A DNA stretch of 63,768 nucleotides, filler included, from Choristocarpus tenellus KU-1152 (taxonomy: Eukaryota; Protista; Phaeophyceae): the NCBI GenBank assembly GCA_964200185.2. It is 10 parts of 10 records of this genome, joined end to end, with 100 filler letters (N's around TTAATTAATTAA, not from the genome) between each part and the next. Parts side by side here need not be neighbours in the genome. Positions count along the whole stretch, not along the records: positions 25,924 to 29,200 come from CAXNAD020021089.1; positions 29,301 to 36,952 come from CAXNAD020005811.1; positions 37,053 to 42,666 come from CAXNAD020010245.1; 7 more parts are not named here. One strand, 5' to 3'. Shown here piece by piece: positions 26,605-38,379 of this stretch; the stretch's first letter is position 1, and each line of letters opens with the position of its first letter. Below the pieces are notes generated by a model that saw nothing but the letters and a program-made list of their open reading frames with translations, was not told the DNA's origin and ran no database searches. The translations under genes and the position numbers were made by a program.

Positions 26605-29200
26605 ATGGCGGACAAGAAGGAATTGCAACAAACTCATGAGGTTGTTGACAGTGGCAATAAAGTGGAGATGACTTCGAGAAATAAAGCACCATCAGGGAAG
26701 TGTAGGTTGAGAAGAAAGATCATCCAATATCTCGAAACGTGCAGATCCTGAGCCCTGTTAAAAAAGACTAATACACCGTTGGGGGTTGGGCTGTGTCACA
26801 ATGCCTGGGGGACAGCCTTCGAGGTAACCCGGACAAGACCCTCTATCAAGCGTCAGCTGAAGATGGCGAGTGTAATGAGAACCAGAGGTTGGTATCCATG
26901 ATAACTCCTTCATTCAAGTCCAAGTTGTTGCATAGGTCTAACACAGTTTTGGCGTTGGAGATTGTGGAGGTCAGCCCCACTGGTGTGACCCTGTCAAGGA
27001 TTAACCAGCAGGATAAAATGAGAGCAAAGTAGCGAGAGCAACCACAGCCAACCACAAACCCAGAGCAACGAAATCAGCTAGCTGATGGAAAGAATGGACT
27101 GTATGATGAAGATTTTGCAAGAACTATGTCGGTCGAGAACATCAGAAAAATGGGGAGAAGACGGAGGGAGCGATAAGGGAGAGAGGGTCGATATCATCAA
27201 CATCGATGGCAGAGAGGTTTCAAGAGAAGTCATTGATGCAAGCATGGAACAGGGTGGAGGTGAGAAAGTATTTCGTACTCCTCAGATTCATCCCCCTATT
27301 AATAAAAACGGGGAATGCCAGGACAACGAAGTACGAGCTACAGAGGATCGTGGAGGAGACAGCAGATGGGACGGAAGAGGTGGCAGGACAGCTAGAATAT
27401 CTGGCAGCATTTACGATCAGGGACTACATACCGAGGGGGGAGCTGGGGAGAAAAACATTTAAAGGGGACTACGAATTGCCCGACAACTTCGACTGTTTTG
27501 TGGCAGCAATGGTGAGGTTGTGCAAGTATGGGGATAGTTAGAACAAGGGCAGAGGAGGATAGAACGAGTAATAGAAGATTTGGAAGCAGCTAGGTGTAAG
27601 GTACGAATGTTTTATGGTGCCAACAAACCCACGCTACTAGAGAGTCCCAGGATTGTTGAACTGACGTTTAGAGCAGTGGGGGAGGATCTACAGTGTTGGG
27701 AAAAGCAGTTGGCAGCAGTAGCAGACATACTAGGGAATAAATTAAACGCACCACCTCCCCGTGACACGCTGATACCACTCCCGCCGAGCCCGCGCTTCAC
27801 ATGTTTGGAAACGACACTGGGTCAGGCAAAGAACATGCTGCCAGCTCTATATAGCACTGAGTCCCGCTCCCGTTCCATGAAGAGGGCGGGGACATGGGGG
27901 GAAAGAAGGGCTTCAAAATCTCCCAGAGCTGAAGACAGAAATAGAGCAGGAGTCTCAAAAGGGGGGGGAAGGACCTACAACCCATGTTTTGCGTGGAAGT
28001 CAGGATAGGAGTGTGACTTCCTGAAAAAAAATTGTTTTTGCAAATACGACCATTTCAAAGAAGGTGAAAAAGAGAAGAAGGAAGACCAGACCGATGCCAA
28101 GTCTACAATGAAAGACCCATGAAGATGCGGGCCCACCCCTTCCCGGGGTGGGCCGGCAGGAAGAGACCGATGGACGTCAAGACTACCACAACATAGGCAA
28201 GAGACGTCAAGGATTCCAACGCCAGGATCATACGCCGGACACTCAAAGGTAGAGGGCGAGGTGAAGGGAAGATGGTGTGTTTGAGTGCCTTGCAGCATGT
28301 ACGCCAGAGGATCGGTTGCGCCATCTACTCAGAAGTGTTATGAGGCAGCTTGGGACCAATGGTCTGAGTTCCGTACATACATGGGATTGAGTAGGTGGTT
28401 GGACCCTGGGAGTAGAGAGATAGAGGTAGTAAAGGCCCAAGCGGAGTTCATTTGTTTCTGTTGTGGAAGTAGGGGGAACCAAGTAAGCAGTCAAGGGTAA
28501 AATAGCAGCAATCCAATACTACCATAAAAATTTCCTCAACTTACAGCTTCCCACAAAACATTTCATGATCCAATCTGTACTCAAAGGAATAGGGAGGAGC
28601 CACAAAAAAGTAGGGAGCGAGCCCAGGAAGAGGAGACCCTTGACGTGGAGAATAATTGTAAAGACAAAGCAATGCACTGAAATGCTAGGTAGGGAAGGTA
28701 TATTGACAAGGCTAGGTCTGGGGTTTTCGTTCTTCTTTCTAGCTAGAGCTTCAGAGTTGTGGATCTATGAAGGGGGAGGAGCTCATCGAGATTTCGCAGT
28801 AAGAAGGAGGGACGTGGTATGGAGAAAGGGAGTTAAAAGATTAAGTTGGGAAGATAGACACCAGGCAGAAAAGGTAGAGGTAACACTCACAGGGTCAAAA
28901 GGGGATCAGGGTAGAAAAGGAGCAGTGTTGACAAGATGCAAGGTAGGGAAGGAAGGGGGAGAAGAAAGTATGGGAGGTTGGGAGGTGGTAATGGCTATTA
29001 TGGAATGTTTCCCAGATCTTCCCCCGGATACCCCTCTGATGACATGTAGGCAGGAAGGGGGATGGAGAGTGATCACGAGGGGCCAAGCAACATGTGTCTT
29101 AAGGAGAATAGTAAAGGAACTTAGGCTAAGACCAGAAGAGTACGCCTTGCATTCGGGTAGGATAGGGGGAGCCACGAGATTGGCAAGCATGGGGGTATCA
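26605..29200 (+). mobile_element. Degenerate tyrosine-recombinase retrotransposon (DIRS/Ngaro-like): gag-like region plus YR, no RT/RNaseH
   Basis: Interrupted gag-like ORFs 26605-28120 end in a Cys/His cluster (CFAWKSG*ECDFLKKNCFCKYDH). The YR at 28285-29200 has one frameshift and shows a SAM-like N-terminus (STQKCYEAAWDQW), ARASE (catalytic R), SKGDQ (K) and HSGRIGGAT (HxxR). It is cut by the contig end. Confidence 0.85.
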
Positions 29201-29628
29201 NNNNNNNNNNNNNNNNNNNNNNNNNNNNNNNNNNNNNNNNNNNNTTAATTAATTAANNNNNNNNNNNNNNNNNNNNNNNNNNNNNNNNNNNNNNNNNNNN
29301 GGGTCGAGCCCATCCTCAATGAAAAGCTCCATCCTAAATTTTTGAAATCGGCTGTTAGTGGGCACTGATCAGATTTTCCAGTTGGGACACATCAACGAAA
29401 TACAAAGGTTACTGACCAGTACTACAGTAGGTACTGGTCAGGCATTCTGCAGGAACTGATCAGGTAGTATAGTTGGCACTGTTCTTGTCATGGGGTACTG
29501 GTCCTATGCCCTTCCTCGTTGGCTCTAATTTATCCAATGACCCTTTTTATGGCAACACGACATATCAGCTATGCCTGCCACGATTGATCTTTTTTGAATG
29601 TATAATAGCAAGTCCAGTACTTAGCATT

Positions 29629-29889
29629 GACCCAAAGTAAACGAGAGGTACCCAGGTTTTGCCCGTTTTGCATTTATAACCAGTTTTTCTATCTTTTGCG
29701 ATTCACCCATATTTCTACAGATGACTTGCCAAGTTTGACTTGAGACTGTTGTTGATTTCTCTATTGTTTGAAGCATTTCGACATAATTCAGAAAGCATCT
29801 TGTAAAATTTGTAGAAAAAAACGAATTTTGCACACGCTTGTCAGCATCCTTAAAATGTAACTCCGGGTACCGCTCGTTTACCTTTTGTC
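29629..29889. mobile_element. MITE subfamily C
   Basis: Imperfect ~30-bp TIRs GACCCAAAGTAAACGAGAGGTACCCAGG / CCGGGTACCGCTCGTTTACCTTTTGTC, flanked by ATT on both sides. Confidence 0.75.
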
Positions 29890-32078
29890 ATTTCTAGTTC
29901 AAAGTTACTCATGTCCAATTGCTAGCTTACCCGCCCCATCAGGCTTCTGAGTAGCTTTCTCCTTCCAAACCATCAGAACTTCAAACTCTCCATTATCCTC
30001 CCTTTGCCCCTCAGTGACATAAATGGTGAAGTCGTGGCTCAGAGTATCGGAACACTGGTATTTGGCAAAGAGCCTTGCAGATCTCCTCGCAATGGTCCCT
30101 TCTTTACACCATTCTCTTTTTGCACCTGTAAATGTACCTCCTCCAACCCGGACAGCTTCTTCTTGGTAGAGCAGTAAAAACCACAGGCAAATAATCAGAT
30201 CTACTGACCCTCACAAGTGAAGCCACATAACTTTCCTCATCTCCCCTACCCAGATTAAGCGGATCATTGAGAAATAGTCACTGCACCTCCAGCTCAGCCA
30301 TGGCTCTGTCCCTCGGCCATCTTCCTCCATTGATGCACTACACAGTACTGTACTTCTTTGTGTGTGGATCTGGGAGAGTTCCACTTGTTCTAGCAGAATT
30401 TGTCTTGTCCAAGTTGCAATCTTCCATATCCGCCACAAGGAACCTTGATGAAACTTGTGTCCAGTCTCCATTGGTTGCTCCACTAACACATTTTCAGAAG
30501 AAGCATCATCACTGTTGCCTTCAACTACTATTGGGGGTCAATTCCTCCTTGCAGATGCTGATGAGTTCCGTAACTGGGGGGATAATTTACCTCAATAAGC
30601 CATCTCACCAACCATGGAGGCGTCCAGTGAAATTACACCTGAAACTTCGATAAAGAGTTTGTGTCCTCCAGTTCCTACTCCTGCCGCTGTTGTGAACGTA
30701 CTCCCTCTTAAGCTTTGTACATGCCTCATTATTCCTCCCTTTTCTCGAAAAAAATGGGTCCTTCTGGGTTCCTTGTGGACAGAGATTCACCTTTGTTGTC
30801 CTCTTGTCACTGTTCACCTCTTGTACCATTGAAATGTTGGGATTGGAAATTGGTAGGGCAGCTTCTGCCGATTTCTCCTGGAAATTTGATTCGCTGAAAG
30901 TACGGTGGAAGAAACAGGAACAAAGAACCGATGAGATCAAAGCCGTCCGAGATACTACCGGAAGTCGATGCGTGTTCGGTGGGGGAGAGGTATTTATTGC
31001 ATCGTCACTGAAGAATATTTGAGATGCAATTTGGAAAACTAATTCAAATTGAACTTTCAGAATCCTGACAAAACCCTCTTGTTGTGCCCAAGACTGGTTC
31101 GATGGTGTGTATCATGATGAGAAAAAATAAATCATGTCGTACGATGGCATCTAAGCGCGAATAGCGTTAGCCAGGAGCAAGGGTGCTTCTACACGCTGTC
31201 ATGTTTGGGAAGGACGTGTGCGCATATACCACCCAAACCACGCGGTGGTGGTAGTGTTTATTCATTCCCTTTCCCCCTCGTGAAGAGTGTATTTTGTGCG
31301 ACCTGGATCCAACCAACTCAACAAGATTGTTCTGCTTCCCTTTCACCACCAAACGTTGCTGGGTGTCAACGTTCCTTCATCCTTCCTCTACCAACGACTT
31401 CAAATTGTCACTTTTGGTGGTTCACGATTACACTTTAGAATTATTGTATGGGAAGTATGTAGACCAATTTCGTGTGTTTTTGATATCCATAGAATAGAAA
31501 GTATGTTCCCCATACAACAAGTTCCCCGATAGTGGAGACAAAATCCCTTCAATAATATTGTGGTATGGCATAGTTCTTATCTGGTGAGGATACTACTGAC
31601 TTATGATCACCTAAAGCATCTAAATCCGCTTCTTTTAATCATCATACAAATAAATATCTTATATTATATAATATATCATAATGTGTGTAGTACTACAATC
31701 CATATGTTCGAAAAACTCGGAAACCTGTCTGAGTGGTGATTGGTCCGCATTTTTGTGGAGAGTGGTTGAAGTGAGAGGAGAGAGGAATTCACAGAACGGA
31801 TTTACTTGGTTTGAAGTACCACAAACCCGCCGCTTCTGGACTTACGAGTTTCGAGTCCAGTAGTATATCATACACAATCTAACCCGATAACCTTCTCCAC
31901 CATATCTCCCAATTCTAGGTTCATTCAAACTGATCTTTCTGTTGTGACTAGGGAACTAGTTTCTTTTGTCCTGTTGATTTGTCACCATTTTGACTGAAGT
32001 TGCTGGTGCTGGTGGTAGGAGTAACTAGAAACCTGTGGGAAAGGGCTGCACTACTTGAATCTGCTTAACCTGGAGTTA

Positions 32079-35000
32079 ATGGATATTGCAGGGAGATATG
32101 GTTGGCCAGGCTGGGTCGTCGCCTTACTCGGATTTTCAGCCTTAGGCATTGATGCAGGTGCCCAAGGGGTCAAGTGGAATCCCTTCTTGTGCATTTATCA
32201 TTTTGCAAGGACTTGACTCTGGGATATGGTTGGGTTGCACTTGTTCTCTCTTTTCAAGGCTCTACTACTACGATTATTTGCATGCACAGTGTTTAGTTCC
32301 TATAATCAGGGAGGGAGAGGTTTCTCAACAGCCAAACGGCATCATCCATCGCGCATCCCCCCCCAAACTCCCACAGCTTAGCTATCACCATCGATCACTA
32401 TCGTCCCGAAACCACGTGTATGCATCCTTCCCTATGCCTCAGCTATCTGCAACAATGTTACAGTCCAGGGTGAACTAGACGGTGTATACCTCACTGTGAA
32501 TGACGGCAATTTCATGTGGATGCATGAGACCCAGCCCTATGGCATCACCTTCGAGGATGATGTTCAAGACACATTGAACAATTGCAACACCTGCGTATTA
32601 AACTTCACAGGAACTTGGGGTGAGTTGTGCTCCAACGCGATCTTCTTACTGATAGAGTAGTGTCTAATTGTGCCATTTTGTCCACACAACAAGTTTCTTG
32701 TTTTTCGTCTAAGATCCCATGTACTGACAGTTATTTTCTAACCTATTGTGTCAAACTTCGGTCTTTCACCACAAACACCAATGCCCGTTGCCTCTCCTAG
32801 AAATTTGACTAGTGACATTTCTGCTTGCATGGCCTATATGCTCTTTCTCCTCACTGCAGGCGATGAAGCACTAAGCTACGCGTGCTCGGATAGAGCGTGG
32901 TATATCTACCAGGAGACACTTGGTGTCAGGGACTATCCCATCTGGGGGGTACGTGGCATTCGCACGATGCCTTCAACTCTCTGATCTCACTCCAACATCC
33001 TTCCACTCCCGCTCATCCTTCAATTGCTGCATAAGGGGGCAGTGGCGGGGACTTGCCATTGCATCTGACGACCTCAAAATGATGTGATGGGGTGATGACA
33101 ATGACAGCTTACAATCGAATACACATCGATACATTTGTAATCCCGTTGAGTCTGACTGATTGAGACTATCTGACATGTTGCCAAAGTTTGTGGATCCTTT
33201 TCCTCCCATCCCCGACCCCACTCTCCATTCCTCTACTCCATGGATTGCTTGGGGCCGGACGATTCTTTGTGATGCCATAAAAAATTGGATTTTTTTCAAT
33301 GCAGGTGCTGGACTGTGCAGATGACCCTTCAGAGCTAACCAGTGTTAGATGGAGAGAATTCGCGTGTGAAGACTGTGTTGGAGAAAATAGGAACAGTACC
33401 ATTACTGTGGCATGCAATGTTGCTGAAGATGATGATATAGTGGACAACGATGAAATCACTACTTCCGAATGTGAGCGATCACGAGAAAACAGAATGGAGT
33501 ACAATGAGTGATGGTTGCTACTGACTGCAGTAGGACTGAAAAATTACACTTGTGTTTGTTAATACAGTAGAGTGATAAATCAGAAGGTGGGACAAGCTGG
33601 TACCTGCAAGACCTTGCGATATCAGAAGTATTTCCTATCCATCCAGTGACATACTTGAGCACTTCAGGGTTTTCCAACCAGAATACATTGTGCTCTGGGT
33701 CCACATACACAGATATTATATAACTAGGTTAAACACAGATGTGTTTCCAGGGATTTTTTTTCTGGTTTTGTTCTGACTGAGGAGACTTTCTTGTACTTGC
33801 CTTAATAGATCAGGTTCCGTTGTAGAGTTAGAGTTGGTGCATGGTATGAAACACGTGGACTCATTTGTCACACACCTCTTGAGCCGGCAACACCTAATTG
33901 GTTTCCCCGTCCTTTGCTGTCAGCTTGAGCCCCTCCGTGATTGCTGTTGTCGTGTCTTCCTTCTTATACCACGGTAGTATCTGAGTGCACCAGTGTGGCA
34001 GTTGAGGGTGAGTTTGCTGGTACATATACTGTTGTTGCGAACAACAATGAGACCTGGCTGCATAATTCAGAGGACTACACCCTTCGCAAGGAGGTTGATG
34101 TGCAGGAAAAATTGAACGAATGTACTGATTGCTCCCTCAACTTCACAGAGACATGGGGTGAGTTACTATTATTACTGTTGAAGCAGCTGAAACAACGTGT
34201 TAGCAGCTGAAACAATGTGTTAGCAGCTGAAACAATGTGTTAGCAGCTGAAACAATGTGTTAGCAGCTGAAACAATGTGTTAGCAGCTGAAACAATGTGT
34301 GTGGTGTGATCTGACTTGTTAACTGATGTATCATTCTTGGAGGCTGCTGTTCTTCTACTGCATCACGCCGTGGTGGTGTTGGGACTGAGGGGGTCTAGTA
34401 GAGGATTTGGAGGGGCATACACCCTCTATTGTGTTTAGTGTGACCTGTGAACAATTCTGTTGGTTGACGTTTGTACCACTGCTTTTCTTGTGAAAAATTA
34501 ATATATATGGACTCCCAACACACACTTAATACTTTGTATGGTTGAGGTGGTGTACTGTGTACTGAAGTTCCCAGTCCTTTTGATGACCCATTGTGCCCCC
34601 CCCCTCTGGAGTACACCTGTTCTCATATTCCCATAGTGTGTGTAATTTGCACAATCCATGAGTGCAACAAAAAAATAAAATGATGCGAAAATTGAATACA
34701 ACTACTACACTGCCATTTGTTTAATATATATATATATACTACACTGCCAGTTGTTTAATATAGCTCTTGATGACGTGCTTGGGATAATTTGTCTCCTTGT
34801 CTTGCAGGATCTGGTGCAACTAGCTATGCTTGTTCAGATGAGGCGTGGTACCTGTACCAAAGGGAGGGCGGAGTCGTTGACTTTCCTATCTACGGGGTAA
34901 GTACTTCATGAGTAACATCTTTTTTTTAATAATAATAATATATATATATATATATTTTATCATGGACTGTACGCTTGATTTTTTTATTATCTTTTTCAGC

Positions 35001-36560
35001 AATGTCACTCGCTCGCACACCAGGGAGGCTTTTGGCATGCTGGAGGGCCTTTCCCATTAGCAATGCCTTTTGCTTACGTGTAGAAATTGCTTTTTATTAT
35101 TTTGTGTTTTCATTTTTTTTTGCATCAATACCCAACACATTTATCGCCCATCCGCTATGACTGTCTCAACATCCTGAGGATAAGTGCTCTGATGTCTGCA
35201 CTCAATGCGTGTAGGCAAGGCTATATATATATAATATATATATATATAGATTGTGAGCAGGAAGGCAAGGGTCTAGTCTCTCTCACATGTGGGCACACAT
35301 CTTTTTCCTTTTTCTTCTCCACCAGCGCCCCCCCTCCTCTGTTAGATGTTAGAAAAGAGCCCAGTAGTGACAACATTGCTTTCTTATTTTTTTTATGAGA
35401 GTCAAGTCAACACGGTTTTCCGAATGTCCCTCTCTTCCCCTACCCCATGGTGTGTGAAGGAGATGTATGGTCAAATCAAGGCGGTCATGTCCAGGAGAGT
35501 AAGAATTAAAAGTCTGTATAAAATTCAATAGTTGCCGAGATTGTGAATGCTCCACTCTCTTGTCCTCTCCTCTCCCCTCCCCCTTCCCCTCCCCTTCTTT
35601 TCCACCCTTTTTCCTATCCCCCCTTCCTTCCCCTTTTATCCCATCCATGTTTCCTGCTGTGTGATTGCTGTTGTGGCATTGCTGGTGTCTGACTGAACAA
35701 CTGTAATGAGCACTGTTGTGGTGCAGGTGCTGGACTGTGCTAAACATCCTGCTGACATGACTAGCATTCGATGGATGGAGTTTGCCTGTTCTGACTGTGA
35801 GGGGGTTGAGAGGACTAGTGACATCACTGTTACCTGCTTGGAGACTGAGGACAATGATGATGATGAAGTTGAAGGTGGAAACCAGTTGGAAGAAGGTGGA
35901 GGTGAGGGAAAAATAAATAAATATATATATATATATATAGTGGAGTGGAGGGCACACTTTTTATAGTGTTAGGTACAGATTAGGTAAAACGAGAATTGTT
36001 ACACTGTGCCCTTTGGTTGTTGAACGCTATATATTTTTAATTATTAGTTGAAGTTATTATTATAATTGTGTTATTATTATTTATTTGAAGTTATTTTTTG
36101 AAAGTTATTTTGCTAATGGAAAGAGCAGGTCCAACATCATACCCCCCCCCCCCTCCCCCCCCAAGTCTACGGCTTATGTTGATGTCGATACCTCAACTCT
36201 ATTGCACAGCAGTAGCAATGTAATATCAAAGTAAAATATCATCAAAGTAATGATCTCACTTGATGCATGATCACAGTCATCTCTCCCTTCACACATACCC
36301 ATTTCCCCTTCTCTCTTTTCCTCTGTTATGGTGTGATTAATCCCCCTCAGTAAACTGTATATCCATGGCTGTCACTGGTCCGTCTGAGCTAGCTGCGGGA
36401 GGGTTTAAAGGGGGAGAGTTCACCTGGAATGGGAGAGATGATGAAGATGGTATTGCCTTCGGCAGCAGGATCTTCAAGTTGGAGGGGAGTGATACGTCAC
36501 AGCTACAGTTCATTGACTCAGGGGCAGGAGACTTTTTTGAAGGCTATGAAGATCTACTGG
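32079..36560 (+). CDS. Secreted/extracellular Cys-rich repeat protein, 3'-partial
   Basis: Signal-peptide exon 32079-32157, then module 1 (32443-32619, 32860-32948, 33305-33470), module 2 (33978-34157, 34808-34896, 35727-35901) and a further exon 36351-36560. All are GT-AG and in frame. The modules are clearly homologous: LNxCxxCxLNFTxTWG, SYACSDxAWYxYQ, VLDCAxxPxxxTSxRWxEFACxDC. Confidence 0.85.
34182..34280. repeat. 20-bp minisatellite AGCAGCTGAAACAATGTGTT x5, intronic
   Basis: Directly visible. Confidence 0.95.
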
Positions 36561-38379
36561 GTGAGGGATAGTGGCAGAACAGATAAGATCACAGTGGTAC
36601 CAGGGTATCAGTTGTACCAGGATATCGATGGCTGGAAGAGAACACCAGAATTGTTAAAAACTAGTTGTGTGATATCTAGTTGTGTGATATCTAGGTAGGT
36701 TATCGACCTGAAGTTGTGTGCCGCTGCAGTAGGAGGTAGATGTAGATTTGGTGCATCTGTTACATGCACTCTTTTTAATTACATAATATTATATAATATT
36801 ATATATAGCCCTATTGGTGAGTTATTCACTCATAAGAAAAAATGCAAGAACTTTCTTGGGGTTTTTGAGAGTGGGACGATTATGAATTTGAGAGTTGGCA
36901 GCATTCACAGTGATCCCCCCCCCCCCCACACATCCCCCCCAAAATCACCTACNNNNNNNNNNNNNNNNNNNNNNNNNNNNNNNNNNNNNNNNNNNNTTAA
37001 TTAATTAANNNNNNNNNNNNNNNNNNNNNNNNNNNNNNNNNNNNNNNNNNNNACCCTCCGGGAGGCCAACAACCCCCAGCACAAACTGTCAATAACAGTA
37101 ATAACATCAATAAATTTTTCCAACCGCCCGAGAATTAACTAAATAAAAAAATTGAATTGATATGAGAGCGTGCCGCACGAAATTATGTCAGGTCAGGGGA
37201 CAAGCACCGGCCCGACCAATCAGCATGTGTTGGATTGATTCGACCAATCAACACGCCTCACCAAACCATTTTTTTTTCTTTCGGGGATCTCTCTTACCAA
37301 TCCTCTACCACGCCAAGAAAGACCCGCAGAATAATAATAATAATAAAACGTGAACGGCCCGTTTCGTCGCCGCTGCTGCAGCAAAACACCATCGGGACAG
37401 TTGGGGGTTGGAAGGCGTTAACGGTTTATCTCTTTGAATCGCCGACGCCTCGCCTCGCTTCGCAATAAAATACAAAGAATAATAATTAAGAACAAGAACA
37501 CTGAGAAGACAAAAATGAAAAAAATAAAAATTACTAGAGCTTTTCTTGATCTCTCGTCTCGACCTCAAGAGATGTAAGTGGTGAACACAGAACAACGTAC
37601 ACTATACACACAGGCACACAGGCACACAGGCACACACACACACACATATACGTATTCAAAGTTGCAACCCCTCCTGTTGGATGCACTTGCCATGCATCCC
37701 CCTCCAGGCGTTCGTGACATACGTTCTTTTTATCGTGTCACCCCCATTTCGGATGAGAAACTGTTTAAAAAGAACACCGCACCGAGGCGAAACTATTGAA
37801 AAAAAAAAACTAACTAAAAACGAAATGGAAGGCGGAACAACTGTATCATTTATTTTTTTTTAAGATAAGAAAACGTAGGCGATGACAACAACACCCGGCA
37901 GATGACTCAGGAAACTAAAAAATGAATAAATGATGACGTACGAAAAAAAACTCCACCCTGGTTCTCAACCCACATTGCAGGCGGTTTCTTCCCTACTCTT
38001 GTGGCATTGATGAGTCTCCATCCACACTAAGTAACCAACTCACTGCCTTTCTTTCAGGTAGAATTGAGGACTCCAAAACCCCCGTGCCGACCGCGTACAG
38101 AAGTTGTGATCGGAGTTTGTTTGTTTGTTTTTTTTAAATCAGATTTTTTCTTTTTCTTTGTTGGTTAGCCACCTCCCGGACCAAAATAAGAGGAGGCGTT
38201 GGCTATCATAAATCCAGCATTTTCTTTTGTCTCTTCGACGATACCCCCCCTACCCCAACCCCCCTGTCCTTCCCTACGGTGTACCCTGCTTTCATCAGGT
38301 TAGTTGAAATAGGTTAGTTCAAATAGGGCATAGAAATCAACCCCAGCAATCCCGGAGCCTGCACGGTCTGAACTCGTAC

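Noticed and set aside
29905-31560. Minus-strand open stretches (e.g. ...AKYQCSDTLSHDFTIYVTEGQREDNGEFEVLMVWKEK followed by a GTAAG donor)
   Set aside because: This could be a decayed gene or TE, but stops and frameshifts and the lack of a recognisable motif prevent a supported call.
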